DNA of 64,000 bases from the NCBI GenBank assembly GCA_045106195.1, contig JBGCEH010000001.1, positions 105,887-169,886 on the forward strand. The letters run 5' to 3'. Made by a program: the position numbers and the translations under genes. The notes below the pieces were generated by a model. The model saw only the letters and a list, made by a program, of their open reading frames with translations, was not told the DNA's origin and made no database searches. Of the stretch, positions 16,959-27,742 are shown piece by piece. The DNA is from Granulosicoccus sp. GTDB taxonomy: Bacteria; Pseudomonadota; Gammaproteobacteria; Granulosicoccales; Granulosicoccaceae. Each line of letters starts with the position of its first letter. Positions within the stretch are counted from its first letter, which is position 1.

Positions 16959-19432
16959 ACAAAGAGAAACTACTGATCGTTGGGAACGGCATGGCCCCCG
17001 GTCGTATGCTGGAGCATTTACTGGACAACGATGCATCACGTTATGATATTGCAGTGCTCAACGCAGAGCCGCGCGTCAATTATAACCGTCTGATGCTCTC
17101 CCCTGTCTTGTCGGGTGACAAGCAATACAAAGATATCATCACCCATGACGATGACTGGTACGCCACACACAACATCGCTCTGCACAAAAGCACTCGAGCG
17201 GAACAGATTGATACCAGTTCGCGAATTGTCAAGGCGAATACAGACGGCGTTGTATGCGATTACCACTACGACAAACTTGTCATAGCTACAGGCTCCAATC
17301 CCATTCGCATCCCTATACCTGGACACACACTCGATGGCGTCATGGTATACCGCGACCTCGATGACGTCGAACATATGTTGAAAGTAGCCAGCACAGGCGG
17401 AAAGGCAGTTGTCATCGGTGGCGGCCTGCTTGGCCTGGAAGCTGCTGCCGGATTAAAGGAACAAGGTATGGACGTCTGTGTCGTCCATCTTGCTGAGCAC
17501 TTGATGGAAAAGCAGCTGGATAGTACTGCCAGTCATTTGCTACAAGTCGAATTCGAAAGACGGGGCATTAAGGTTCGTACATCAACATCCACCACAGAAA
17601 TACTGGGAGAAAATCAAGTACAAGGTGTGCGATTCAGTAATGATGAATCGATTGATTGCGATCTGGTTGTTATGGCTGTGGGTATTCGTCCATCAACATC
17701 GCTGGCTAACGAGGCAGGCCTTGTATGCGCACATGGCATTGTGGTCAACGACGAAATGCGCACCAGTAACGAGGCAGTTTTTGCACTGGGTGAGTGTGTT
17801 GAACATCGAGGCACGTGCTACGGTCTTGTCGCACCGCTCTACGAGATGGCCCGCACACTGGCTAATACATTGCTTGGCGAAAACAAGCCTTTTGAAGGGG
17901 CAGTAATGGCAACCCAACTCAAGGTCAACGGTGTCAAACTCTATTCCGCCGGTCAGTTCAGTGATCTCCCTGACAAGCCTGATCCAGCAGAAGCCATAGA
18001 AGAAATCGTTTTGCGCGATGCTGCCGCAGGTGTCTACAAAAGGCTCTTGCTGAAAGACCAGACGATTAGCGGGGTCGTTATGTATGGTGATACCGAAGAT
18101 GGCACGTGGTTTTTCGACCTGCTGAAGCGTAAGGTGGATATCAGCACCATGCGCGACACACTGATATTCGGACAAGCCTATCAGGGAGGTGACGCGCTGG
18201 ACCCCATGGAGGCCGTTGCAGCCTTACCCGATGAGGCAGAGATATGCGGTTGCAACGGCATTTGTAAAGGAACGATTACCACAGCGATTACCACCCACGG
18301 GCTGACAACGCTTGACCAGGTAAGATCGCATACCAAGGCATCCTCATCCTGTGGCACATGTACCTCATTGGTAGAGAAACTCATGGTGCTGAGCCTGGGT
18401 GATGGCTATCAACCCGCCGCAGTGCCGCCAGTATGTCCCTGTACCGACCTTGGCCATGATGAAGTCCGTCGGCGTATCCGCTTACAAAGCCTTAAAAGCA
18501 TACCCGCAGTCATGCAAGCACTGGAATGGAACAGCTCCGGAGGCTGTGCAAAGTGTCGCCCTGCCCTCAACTATTATCTGGTCTGCGAGTGGCCCTCGCA
18601 GTATGCCGATGACTACCAGTCACGATTCATCAACGAACGAGTACATGCCAACATTCAAAAAAACGGCACTTATTCAGTCGTTCCACGGATGTGGGGAGGC
18701 ATGACCTCATCAGCAGAGCTGCGCGCCATTGCCGATGTTGTTGATAAATTTGACATCCCTGCTGTCAAAGTCACAGGCGGGCAACGTATTGATCTACTCG
18801 GTATCGAAAAGGTGGATCTACCAGCGGTCTGGTCCGATCTGGGTGATGCTGGCTTCGTTTCAGGTCATGCCTATGCAAAGGGTTTACGGACAGTAAAGAC
18901 CTGTGTGGGCAAAGAATGGTGTCGCTTTGGCACTCAGGATTCCACCGCGCTTGGTATCAGACTCGAGCATTATCTATGGGGCTCTTGGACACCCGCAAAG
19001 GTCAAGCTTGCGGTATCGGGCTGTCCACGAAACTGCGCGGAGGCCACTTGTAAGGACATTGGTGTTATCTGTGTTGATTCCGGCTTTGACATTCATTTTG
19101 CAGGTGCCGCAGGGCTGGACATAAAAGGTACTGTCGTGCTCGGTCACGTTACCACCGAGGATCAAGTACTCGATCACGTTACTGCCCTTCTGCAAATGTA
19201 CCGGGAACAAGGGCATTACCTTGAACGAATCTACAAATGGGCCGCGCGCATCGGTGTTGATGAAATCCGCAAACAGATCATGGACGACGCCGACATGCGG
19301 CGCCATTACCATGATCGTTTCAAGGCATCGCAAGCCGTTGCTCAAGTAGACCCATGGGCCGAACGCGTGGCAGGACATGACGCGCACGAATTCAAGCCGC
19401 TGCAGCCGAGAAAACTGGAGATCGTCGCATGA
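16955..19432 (+). CDS. nirB: NAD(P)H-dependent assimilatory nitrite reductase, large subunit
   Basis: [18 protein letters not shown]-like CGCN/CGTC, siroheme/4Fe-4S motifs [10 protein letters not shown] and GCPRNCAE. Confidence 0.96.
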   Translation: MNKEKLLIVGNGMAPGRMLEHLLDNDASRYDIAVLNAEPRVNYNRLMLSPVLSGDKQYKDIITHDDDWYATHNIALHKSTRAEQIDTSSRIVKANTDGVVCDYHYDKLVIATGSNPIRIPIPGHTLDGVMVYRDLDDVEHMLKVASTGGKAVVIGGGLLGLEAAAGLKEQGMDVCVVHLAEHLMEKQLDSTASHLLQVEFERRGIKVRTSTSTTEILGENQVQGVRFSNDESIDCDLVVMAVGIRPSTSLANEAGLVCAHGIVVNDEMRTSNEAVFALGECVEHRGTCYGLVAPLYEMARTLANTLLGENKPFEGAVMATQLKVNGVKLYSAGQFSDLPDKPDPAEAIEEIVLRDAAAGVYKRLLLKDQTISGVVMYGDTEDGTWFFDLLKRKVDISTMRDTLIFGQAYQGGDALDPMEAVAALPDEAEICGCNGICKGTITTAITTHGLTTLDQVRSHTKASSSCGTCTSLVEKLMVLSLGDGYQPAAVPPVCPCTDLGHDEVRRRIRLQSLKSIPAVMQALEWNSSGGCAKCRPALNYYLVCEWPSQYADDYQSRFINERVHANIQKNGTYSVVPRMWGGMTSSAELRAIADVVDKFDIPAVKVTGGQRIDLLGIEKVDLPAVWSDLGDAGFVSGHAYAKGLRTVKTCVGKEWCRFGTQDSTALGIRLEHYLWGSWTPAKVKLAVSGCPRNCAEATCKDIGVICVDSGFDIHFAGAAGLDIKGTVVLGHVTTEDQVLDHVTALLQMYREQGHYLERIYKWAARIGVDEIRKQIMDDADMRRHYHDRFKASQAVAQVDPWAERVAGHDAHEFKPLQPRKLEIVA

Positions 19433-19755
19433 CAGAACAAACCATTGAATGGCTGGATATAGGGCGTCGCAACGACATTCCACTTCAGGGTTCCCGACGT
19501 ATATTTATGGGTGAACGGATTGTGGCTGTATTTCGCACGGCAAGCGATGACTTCTACGCGCTGGAAGACAAATGTCCACATGCAGGAGGCCCACTGAGCG
19601 AGGGAATCGTGCATGGCGATTGTGTGACCTGCCCACTGCACAACTGGGTAATATCACTCCAGAGTGGAACCGCTCAAGGCGCTGATCAAGGTAATGTCAG
19701 GCGCTACAAGGTCAAACATGATGGCGAGCGATTGCTACTGTCCCCTCATGGCTGA
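19429..19755 (+). CDS. nirD: Nitrite reductase small (Rieske) subunit
   Basis: CPHAGGPLSEG...VTCPLHNW; 4-bp overlap with nirB. Confidence 0.95.
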   Translation: MTEQTIEWLDIGRRNDIPLQGSRRIFMGERIVAVFRTASDDFYALEDKCPHAGGPLSEGIVHGDCVTCPLHNWVISLQSGTAQGADQGNVRRYKVKHDGERLLLSPHG

Positions 19756-22483
19756 TTCGATATTCACCCTACAGACAACGTCGACTACCTGCCCTTATTG
19801 CGGAGTGGGCTGTGGAGTACTGGCAAGCATTGGCGACACGGGCGGTGTCAATATCAGTGGCGACCCACAGCACCCTGCCAATGCAGGAAAACTTTGCTCC
19901 AAGGGAATGGCACTAGGCGCAACGTTCGAGGATGAGCATCGTCTTTTGCACCCGGTGGTAGAAGGCAATACAGTCACCTGGGACACAGCAAGCAAACACA
20001 TCGCACAAACATTTAGCGACACCATAGATCGCTACGGCCCGGAGTCTGTCGGCTTCTATGTCAGCGGTCAACTGCTAAGCGAGGACTACTACGTTGTCAA
20101 CAAGTTTGTCAAAGGCTGGCTGGGCACCGCCAACATCGACACCAATTCACGGCTATGTATGGCGTCCAGCGTAGCCGGACACAAACGCGCTTTCGGATCA
20201 GACACCGTTCCAGGTTGTTACGAGGATCTGGACAATGCAGACCTTGTGGTGCTGGTAGGCAGTAACCTGGCCTGGTGCCACCCCGTTATTTATCAACGGA
20301 TCATGGCAACCAGGGCAAAGCGTCCGGAACTGAAGATCATCGTTATCGACCCAAGACGCAGCATTACCGCTGACAATGCCGATCTGCATCTGGGAATCAA
20401 GCCCGATGGCGATACACTGTTGTTCAATGCGCTACTGAAATACCTGCAACTGCAAGATAAATTCGACCAACACTATATCGACGAGCATGTATCAGGATTG
20501 AACGAAGCCATGGCAAAAGCCAGTCAATCGCTCACCAATGATCTTGCACAACGACTGGGTGTGCAAAAGAACGATCTTGAGCAGTTTTTCTCCATGGTCG
20601 CCAACACCCAGAAAACAGTCACTATCTACAGCCAGGGTGTTAACCAGTCAAGCAGTGGCACCGATAAGGTCAACGCCATCATCAACACTCATCTGGCGAC
20701 CGGTCGCATTGGCAAGCCGGGCATGGGCCCCTTCTCTATCACGGGTCAGCCAAACGCCATGGGTGGGCGAGAAGTGGGTGGCCTTGCAACCATGCTGGCG
20801 GCCCATCGAGACCTGGACAACGAAGATCATCGGTCACAGGTACAACGCTTCTGGCAATCACCCCATATCGCCAAAAAACCCGGACTGACTGCTGTTGATA
20901 TGTTCAAGGCCATTGAAAGCGGTCAGATCAAAGCGATCTGGATCATGGCAACAAACCCTGTCGACAGCTTGCCTGAAGCAAACAAGGTTGCTCAAGCACT
21001 GGCCTCCTGCCCGTTTGTCGTGGTCTCCGAGGTGACACACAGAAGCGATACCTTACGCTTTGCCAACGTGGCATTGCCCGCACAAGCCTTCGGTGAAAAA
21101 GATGGCACAGTAACCAATTCTGAACGCAGAATCAGCCGTCAACGGCGGTTCAAGACGCCAGCAGGCCAGGCAATGCCCGATTGGTGGGCGGTCGCACGCG
21201 TAGCACAGTACATGGGATTCTCTGAGGCTTTCGATTATCTCAGTCCAGCCCGGATATTCACCGAGCACGCGCGCCTGTCCATGTTTGAAAACGATGGCCG
21301 CATAGACTTCGATATCGGAGCCTGCGCCGCTCTAACAGACAACGAATACAATGCGCTACAACCGTTTCAATGGCCAAGAAGCAACGCGCAAGCTCCTCCG
21401 TTGTCGACAGACGCCCAAGGCAAAGCGCATCCAATCCGCTTTTTCGCCAAGGGAAACTACTACACACCCGATGGCCGGGCCCGTATGGTCGCAGTGAACT
21501 CAGCCTTGCCGGGCAACGACCGACTCAGCGACCTGTACCCCCTTGTTCTAAACACGGGACGTATCAGAGATCAGTGGCATACGATGACACGCACCGGTTA
21601 CATTCCCAGATTGATGGGTCACAGGGCTGAACCGTTCGTTGAACTCAACCCGAGCGATGCAATTATCCATGGCATTGACGATGCCGACATCGTCCGCATT
21701 AAAAGCCCCATAGGCGACACCCTTGCCCGTGCCATGCTCAGCGACCGCCAATCACCAGGCCAGCTCTTCACCTCTATACACTGGTCAGATCAGTTTGCTA
21801 GCAAGGCACGGGTTGACTCGTTGATTGAACCACTGACCGATCCCTGCTCACGCCAGCCAGCATCAAAAAACCAGGCCGTTAGCATCCAGCGTTTTACAGC
21901 CAACAGCTATGCATTTCTGCTAACGCGTAATGAACCCGAACTACGCAGTTTGACCGATATTGAGTATTGGGCCAGCTCACCTATCAATGCCGGTTGGCGA
22001 ACCGAACTTGCAAGCTCGCTCACCGTGCCGGATCTCATCGATCAATTATTACATTGCATCTACGCAGGTGACGACAATCGTGGACTACAGCAAATAGATT
22101 ACCGCAATAAACAATCTCGTCGATTCGCCTGGTTCAACAGGCACAAGAAATTACACGCCATGCTGTTCCTCGCCCCACAGGCCGTAGAACTGTCTCGTAG
22201 CTGGGCTGCAGATTGTTTTAATGAGCACTTTAAGCACAATGACAAGCGCACTCAACTCATGGCCGGCAGAGCCGCGAGCGATCAACCAGACAAAGGCGCA
22301 ATAGTATGCAGCTGCTTTAATGTCGGCGACAAGGAAATAGCCAGAGCTATCAAGTCAGGTGGCTGCACAACAGCAGACGCCGTCGGTCAGAAACTCGCAG
22401 CGGGTACTAACTGTGGCTCATGTCGCAATGAAATTGACGTCCTGATAAATCGATACGTCAACAAACCGGTGGCTACACATTAA
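19748..22483 (+). CDS. nasA: Assimilatory nitrate reductase catalytic subunit (Mo-bisMGD)
   Basis: [11 protein letters not shown]...[51 protein letters not shown]-terminal CSCF...CGSC; start ATG 19748 (track 19664). Confidence 0.95.
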   Translation: MADSIFTLQTTSTTCPYCGVGCGVLASIGDTGGVNISGDPQHPANAGKLCSKGMALGATFEDEHRLLHPVVEGNTVTWDTASKHIAQTFSDTIDRYGPESVGFYVSGQLLSEDYYVVNKFVKGWLGTANIDTNSRLCMASSVAGHKRAFGSDTVPGCYEDLDNADLVVLVGSNLAWCHPVIYQRIMATRAKRPELKIIVIDPRRSITADNADLHLGIKPDGDTLLFNALLKYLQLQDKFDQHYIDEHVSGLNEAMAKASQSLTNDLAQRLGVQKNDLEQFFSMVANTQKTVTIYSQGVNQSSSGTDKVNAIINTHLATGRIGKPGMGPFSITGQPNAMGGREVGGLATMLAAHRDLDNEDHRSQVQRFWQSPHIAKKPGLTAVDMFKAIESGQIKAIWIMATNPVDSLPEANKVAQALASCPFVVVSEVTHRSDTLRFANVALPAQAFGEKDGTVTNSERRISRQRRFKTPAGQAMPDWWAVARVAQYMGFSEAFDYLSPARIFTEHARLSMFENDGRIDFDIGACAALTDNEYNALQPFQWPRSNAQAPPLSTDAQGKAHPIRFFAKGNYYTPDGRARMVAVNSALPGNDRLSDLYPLVLNTGRIRDQWHTMTRTGYIPRLMGHRAEPFVELNPSDAIIHGIDDADIVRIKSPIGDTLARAMLSDRQSPGQLFTSIHWSDQFASKARVDSLIEPLTDPCSRQPASKNQAVSIQRFTANSYAFLLTRNEPELRSLTDIEYWASSPINAGWRTELASSLTVPDLIDQLLHCIYAGDDNRGLQQIDYRNKQSRRFAWFNRHKKLHAMLFLAPQAVELSRSWAADCFNEHFKHNDKRTQLMAGRAASDQPDKGAIVCSCFNVGDKEIARAIKSGGCTTADAVGQKLAAGTNCGSCRNEIDVLINRYVNKPVATH
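22468..22478. repeat. 11-bp direct repeat copy 2 (GGTGGCTACAC) spanning the ychF last codon and stop
   Basis: Identical to 11473-11483. Confidence 0.85.
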
Positions 22484-23564
22484 ACCGGAAGTGCACGACA
22501 TCACCTTCTTTCATGATGTATTCCTTACCTTCCAGACGCCATTTACCCGCATCCTTCGCGCCATTCTCACCCTTGAACTGCACATAATCGTCGTACCCCA
22601 CAACTTCAGCGCGTATAAAACCTTTTTCAAAATCGGTATGAATACGTCCCGCACCTTGTGGTGCTGTTGAGCCCGAGCGCACCGTCCAGGCGCGTACCTC
22701 TTTCTCACCGGCAGTAAAAAACGTTTGCAAACCCAACAGGTCGTAACCCGCTCGGATAACACGGTTAAGACCAGGCTCGTCGATATTCATCTCGTTCAGA
22801 AATTCCTGCTTGTCGGCATCATCAAGTTGCACGATTTCAGCCTCTATCGCGGCACAAACTGCCACAACATTGGCACCTTCCTTTTCAGCCATGGCAGTCA
22901 AGGTATCCAGCATGGGGTTATTTTCAAAGCCACCTTCATCCACGTTAGCGATGTACATGGTGGGCTTCACCGTCAGCAAGTGATAGTGCCGGAGCCAGCT
23001 CTTTTCCTGATCGCCAAGATCCAGAGTACGCACCGCCACGCCTTCTGCAAGCGCCTCAGCAACACGCTTCAGGAACGCCTGCTCGGCAATGGCTTCCTTG
23101 TTGGAGGACTTCGCGGTCTTCTTGATCTTTAACAAGGCCTTGTCGATAGCCTCCATATCTGCCAGCAACAGCTCTGTATTAATGGTCTCTACATCGTCAA
23201 GCGGATCGACCTTGCCCGCCACGTGAATAACATCATCGTCGGCAAAACAGCGTACTACATGAGCAATTGCATCCGTCTCGCGAATGTTCGCCAAAAACTG
23301 GTTTCCCAATCCTTCACCTTTAGACGCACCAGCAACCAGCCCCGCAATATCCACGAATTCCATGGTGGTAGGCAGAATACGTTGCGGAGAAACTATCTCG
23401 GCGAGCGCGTTAAGGCGTAAATCCGGTACGGGCACAATGCCGACATTGGGCTCAATGGTGCAAAACGGGTAGTTCTCTGCCGCAATTTCTGCTTCGGTCA
23501 GGGCATTGAACAACGTGGACTTGCCAACGTTTGGCAGTCCGACAATCGCGCATTTAAATCCCAT
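22473..23564 (-). CDS. ychF: Redox-regulated ATPase YchF
   Basis: [12 protein letters not shown]-like [49 protein letters not shown]-terminal [10 protein letters not shown]. Confidence 0.98.
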   Translation of the reverse strand: MGFKCAIVGLPNVGKSTLFNALTEAEIAAENYPFCTIEPNVGIVPVPDLRLNALAEIVSPQRILPTTMEFVDIAGLVAGASKGEGLGNQFLANIRETDAIAHVVRCFADDDVIHVAGKVDPLDDVETINTELLLADMEAIDKALLKIKKTAKSSNKEAIAEQAFLKRVAEALAEGVAVRTLDLGDQEKSWLRHYHLLTVKPTMYIANVDEGGFENNPMLDTLTAMAEKEGANVVAVCAAIEAEIVQLDDADKQEFLNEMNIDEPGLNRVIRAGYDLLGLQTFFTAGEKEVRAWTVRSGSTAPQGAGRIHTDFEKGFIRAEVVGYDDYVQFKGENGAKDAGKWRLEGKEYIMKEGDVVHFRFNV

Positions 23565-23600
23565 CGTTAAAATCCTGATCCAGAATACTTCATGAGGTAA

Positions 23601-24194
23601 TTACGGTTTATGACTATGCAATGCTTTGGTCGCAACATTGATATCGCCGTCGATGATGGTCATGCTCTCGCGCAATGCCAGCTCGATGGCTTCCTCAATC
23701 AGCCGTTGATCGTCAGCTGAGGCTCGCTTGAGCACGTAACCAGACACAGCACTTTTATGCCCCGGATGCCCGATACCGATTCGCAATCGCCAGAAATTAC
23801 CATTGCCCAGCCTGGCAACGGAATCTCGCAAACCATTGTGCCCACCATGACCACCTGCGTTTTTAAGGCGTATGTGTCCTGGGGGAATATCAAGTTCATC
23901 GTGCGCCACCAGAATCCGGTTTGACTCGACCTTGAAAAATCGCGCGACAGCAGCCAGACCCTGTCCGCTATTGTTCATGTAGTTCATGGGCTTGACCAGC
24001 AACAGCTTCCGACCATTAACCTGGGCACTGGCAACCTGGCTAAAGAAGCGTTTATCGCTGCTAAAGCTTGCACCCAGATGATCAGCTAGCTGATCGATGT
24101 ACCAGAATCCTGCATTGTGCCGGGTGTTGGCATACTCAGGCCCCGGATTCCCGAAACCTGCGATCAGGCCAAATTCTATTTGCTCGCCCGGCAT
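23601..24194 (-). CDS. pth: Peptidyl-tRNA hydrolase
   Basis: GFGNPGPEYANTRHNAGF, YMNNSG, HDELD, GHGGHNGL. Confidence 0.97.
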   Translation of the reverse strand: MPGEQIEFGLIAGFGNPGPEYANTRHNAGFWYIDQLADHLGASFSSDKRFFSQVASAQVNGRKLLLVKPMNYMNNSGQGLAAVARFFKVESNRILVAHDELDIPPGHIRLKNAGGHGGHNGLRDSVARLGNGNFWRLRIGIGHPGHKSAVSGYVLKRASADDQRLIEEAIELALRESMTIIDGDINVATKALHSHKP

Positions 24195-24211
24195 GAATGT
24201 GCGCCTTTAAC

Positions 24212-24256
24212 GATGCAGGACTGACGCGCCAGAACGCACGCTGTCAGTCCCGCATC
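24212..24256. other. Long stem-loop between rplY and pth
   Basis: GATGC-A-GGACTGAC ... GTCAGTCC-C-GCATC, 13 bp with one mismatch; no U-tract. Confidence 0.55.
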
Positions 24257-24267
24257 ATCGAACCCAC

Positions 24268-24933
24268 TTACTTGTCGTTGTCGGACGCGTCATCAGATGC
24301 AGTCGGTACATCTGGCGCAGGCGCGTCATCATCTGATGGCTCAGCTTCAACTCGTGGTGCATTCACCGCTGCTACCTGCCGGTCGCTATCGTCGCCAGCT
24401 TCGTGCAGGTCAACCAGACGAACGCCTTCGGGCAAAGTCAATTGGGACAAAGTAACTGAATCACCAACCTCGAGGCTAGTCATATCGACTTCGATGCTCT
24501 CGGGGATATCACGTGGTCGACAGGCAACCAGCACTTCATTTTCATTGTGCGTGATAATACCGCCAGCTTTCGCTCCGACACAGATATCTTCGTTCATGTA
24601 GTGAAGCGGTACGCTGACCTGCAGCTCGGCACCTGCAACAACGCGCATGAAATCAAGATGCAGGATCTGTTGCTTGAAAGGGTGACGCTGAACATCCTTC
24701 AGGATTGAACGTGCCGGCTCTCCCCCGTCCACACTGACCTGAAGCAGCTGTGAATAGAATGCTTCATTCTGGAGATGCTTGAACACCTCATTGGCCTTGA
24801 GCTGGATAGCCTGTGGCTCTTTGTTGTCACCATAAATGATGCCGGGTACTAAATTGTCACGACGCAGGCGGCGGCTCGCACCTTTCCCAAAAACGCTGCG
24901 CGACGTGGCATTGACGGTTATATCGTCAGACAT
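24268..24933 (-). CDS. rplY: 50S ribosomal protein L25 / general stress protein Ctc (long form)
   Basis: GKGASRRLRR...VPGIIYG, DVQRHPFK...HLDF, VPLH. Confidence 0.97.
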   Translation of the reverse strand: MSDDITVNATSRSVFGKGASRRLRRDNLVPGIIYGDNKEPQAIQLKANEVFKHLQNEAFYSQLLQVSVDGGEPARSILKDVQRHPFKQQILHLDFMRVVAGAELQVSVPLHYMNEDICVGAKAGGIITHNENEVLVACRPRDIPESIEVDMTSLEVGDSVTLSQLTLPEGVRLVDLHEAGDDSDRQVAAVNAPRVEAEPSDDDAPAPDVPTASDDASDNDK

Positions 24934-24951
24934 GTCGGTATTCTCCGTAAG

Positions 24952-25017
24952 GCGGTGCTACCGGAATTGGTGCACCGTGAACTGCCCGCGACCAGGCAGA
25001 GCCGGCGAAGTATAGCA
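24952..25017 (-). promoter_or_regulatory. Internal rplY promoter (extended -10) and structured 5' leader
   Basis: Minus strand TG-C-TATACT (25017-25009), then hairpins CTGCCTG-GTCG-CGGGCAG (24999-24982) and CGGTGC...GCACCG (24976-24952). Confidence 0.55.
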
Positions 25018-25045
25018 GATAGACGCGTGCTGGAATGCGAAACAC

Positions 25046-25999
25046 CTAGTCCATATAGACAGAACTAACTGATTCATCTTCATGAATGCGACGTATGGTT
25101 TCGCCCAGAAGATCGGCAACCGATAGCTGACGAATACAATCGCAGGCTTTTGCAGCTTCCGAGAGCGGAATGGTGTCGGTGACGACCAGTTCGTCCAGCA
25201 CCGAATCATTAAGATTGGCAATCGCATTCCCGGACAGTACAGGGTGAGTCGCCAAAGCCACCACTTTTCGGGCACCATGCTCTTTAAGCGCTTCAGCGGC
25301 CTTGCATAGAGTACCGGCGGTATCGACCATATCGTCAATAATGACGCAGGTACGATCTGCAACCTCGCCAATTATGTGCATGACCTGCGCCTGATTGGCC
25401 TGCGGACGACGCTTGTCGATAATGGCAAGATCGGCGTCATCAAGCTGCTTGGCCACCGCACGGGCTCGAACCACACCACCCACATCGGGCGACACAACTA
25501 CAAGATTGTCGTATTTACTCCGCCAGATATCGAGCAGGAGTAACGGTGATGCATAGACATTATCGACCGGGATATCAAAAAAACCTTGTATCTGCTCAGC
25601 GTGAACATCAACAGTCAGCACCCTGTCCACACCCGCCACGCTGAGCATGTTAGCAACCAGTTTAGCGGTGATTGGCACTCTGGCAGAACGAACCCGTCTG
25701 TCTTGCCGAGCATACCCATAGTACGGAACGACCGCAGTGATACGCTCAGCCGACGATCGATGCAAGGCATCAACCATAACCAGTAAGTCCATCAGATTGT
25801 CGTTGGTGGGAGCGCAAACCGGCTGGATGATGAACACATCTCCGCCGCGAACGTTTTCCTGAATTTCAACCGAAGTTTCGCCGTCACTGAATCGTGACAA
25901 CTGCAGTTTGCCTATCGGTTGCTGCAAGTACGCAGCAATATTCTGCGTAAGTCGAGGATTGGCGTTACCGCCAAAGATCAATAAACGGCGCTCACTCAT
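25046..25999 (-). CDS. prs: Ribose-phosphate pyrophosphokinase
   Basis: [40 protein letters not shown]. Confidence 0.98.
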   Translation of the reverse strand: MSERRLLIFGGNANPRLTQNIAAYLQQPIGKLQLSRFSDGETSVEIQENVRGGDVFIIQPVCAPTNDNLMDLLVMVDALHRSSAERITAVVPYYGYARQDRRVRSARVPITAKLVANMLSVAGVDRVLTVDVHAEQIQGFFDIPVDNVYASPLLLLDIWRSKYDNLVVVSPDVGGVVRARAVAKQLDDADLAIIDKRRPQANQAQVMHIIGEVADRTCVIIDDMVDTAGTLCKAAEALKEHGARKVVALATHPVLSGNAIANLNDSVLDELVVTDTIPLSEAAKACDCIRQLSVADLLGETIRRIHEDESVSSVYMD

Positions 26000-26038
26000 G
26001 AGGTTTTAGTCTGGCAGCTATGAAAACGCTGGGATAAA

Positions 26039-26114
26039 TGGCTGGGCCGGGAGGATTCGAACCTCCGAATGCCGGGATCAAAACCCGGTGCCTTAACCGC
26101 TTGGCGACGGCCCA
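26039..26114 (-). tRNA. tRNA-Gln (TTG)
   Basis: TGGGCCGTCGCCAAGCGGTTAAGGCACCGGGTTTTGATCCCGGCATTCGGAGGTTCGAATCCTCCCGGCCCAGCCA; classic position between ispE and prs. Confidence 0.96.
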
Positions 26115-26156
26115 ACTGTGATACGCCTATAATCGAATGCGAATTGTACGCTACAA

Positions 26157-26999
26157 CTAACCAGAAAAATCATACAGAGGCGATGCATTTCTGGCTTTTA
26201 CTACATAACCTGTCAATTGTTCCGGCAGGCGGTCGCATAAAGTCTGCGCATCCTCCTCATTCTCAAACGCAGTAAAGACACAACTACCGGTCCCGCTCAT
26301 CTTTGCACGATAACCGCGATAGTTTGTTCGCAACCACTCAAGAGCCACGCCAATTTCGGGGTGTCGCGCTACTGCAACGGGTTCGAATACGTTAGTACTG
26401 CGTCCATCCATGAAGTCCCTGATTGTGATCGGGCTGGTATTACGTGTCAATTCATGAGCATTGAACAGCGCCTCAGTTGAGGCCTGGCATGCCGGATTGA
26501 CTATCAGATACCATGGCTCAAGTGGCGCTACCGGCGTCAGCTTGTCACCGATGCCTTCGGCCCAACTCGCCTGCCCATAGACGAATACCGGCACATCGGC
26601 ACTGACGGTAACGCCAATCTCTGCAAGCTCCTTTATGCTAAGGCCCAGACGCCAGAATTCATTGAGCGCTACAAGCGTCGTTGCCGCATCAGAGCTTCCA
26701 CCGCCAAGACCACCGCCTGTAGGGATGATTTTCTCGAGCGTTATGTCGGTGCCAGCCCGAGTGCCTGAATGCGCTTGTAGCGCACGCGCCGCGCGAACTA
26801 CCAGATTGTTCTCCGGAGGCACTTCGTTGAAGTTCGATTTTAGATGAACCTCACTATCCTCGCGCACAGAGAAACTTAACACGTCGCACATGTCGACGAA
26901 TTGGTAAACGGTCTGCAAGGTGTGGTAACCGTCGCTGCGGCGTCCTGTCACATGCAGGAATAGGTTAATCTTGGCCGGAGCCAGCCATTTGGTGGTCAA
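26157..26999 (-). CDS. ispE: 4-(cytidine 5'-diphospho)-2-C-methyl-D-erythritol kinase
   Basis: APAKINLFLHV, GGGLGGGSSDAA, ADVPVF, MSGTGSCVF; TTG start. Confidence 0.97.
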   Translation of the reverse strand: MTTKWLAPAKINLFLHVTGRRSDGYHTLQTVYQFVDMCDVLSFSVREDSEVHLKSNFNEVPPENNLVVRAARALQAHSGTRAGTDITLEKIIPTGGGLGGGSSDAATTLVALNEFWRLGLSIKELAEIGVTVSADVPVFVYGQASWAEGIGDKLTPVAPLEPWYLIVNPACQASTEALFNAHELTRNTSPITIRDFMDGRSTNVFEPVAVARHPEIGVALEWLRTNYRGYRAKMSGTGSCVFTAFENEEDAQTLCDRLPEQLTGYVVKARNASPLYDFSG

Positions 27000-27049
27000 C
27001 TTTATCCTTCAACTAGAGCAGTGTTCAAATTCAGTCGCGTAGTGTACCG

Positions 27050-27742
27050 CTACCGACCGGGAATCGCCAGTCTCGTATTCGACGGCTTTTTCACAGGTTC
27101 TATGACAGTCTTATCTCCGCTTACGGGGGAGTGTGCTGTCTGTTGCCAGTTTTTCAAGACCAGCCTGACAGAATACTCGCCACCCGACGCTGTTATCAAG
27201 GCCGGTACATCGACACCATCCAGATCAGCATACCTCAGAAAACGTGCTTGCCAGCGGGTATCCTGACCATCCGTAAAGCGTAAAGAGACAAGCTTTCCTT
27301 GCTCATCAGCAACCACAGATGTTGCATCTCCACGCAACCCGAGTACCCAGCTTTTCAATTGTTCGACCGGTACAGGAACTGCCAGACCCAGTCCGCTTTG
27401 TAACACCTCATCGACCCGAGGACCGCTTGCGATTACCCTGCCTGCCCGGCTCAAAGTAGCAACCCCACCGGTATAGACAAGTTCCATATTACCGATTCCC
27501 ATTGGTCCGGCCAGCCTGACGGTCAAACTCTCAGCAGATTGTCGCCATTGCACTCGCGCCGATACTGACTGGTCATCCGTCCAGATCCCAAGACCTCCAC
27601 TGAAGGCGAAATCGGTCAGCGCCTTGAGCCGTTCATTACGTTCCGCAAATTCAACAGGCTGGCTGGTCGGCTGAGCTGCGCAACCGTACAATACCCATAT
27701 AGCCGCAGCCATTGCGACCCGTAAATAGCACTTGAGGATCAC
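27050..27742 (-). CDS. lolB: Outer-membrane lipoprotein receptor LolB
   Basis: Lipobox LYGC, WRQ...L.L.GPMG, VPVEQLKSWVLG; conserved position upstream of ispE. Confidence 0.9.
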   Translation of the reverse strand: MILKCYLRVAMAAAIWVLYGCAAQPTSQPVEFAERNERLKALTDFAFSGGLGIWTDDQSVSARVQWRQSAESLTVRLAGPMGIGNMELVYTGGVATLSRAGRVIASGPRVDEVLQSGLGLAVPVPVEQLKSWVLGLRGDATSVVADEQGKLVSLRFTDGQDTRWQARFLRYADLDGVDVPALITASGGEYSVRLVLKNWQQTAHSPVSGDKTVIEPVKKPSNTRLAIPGR

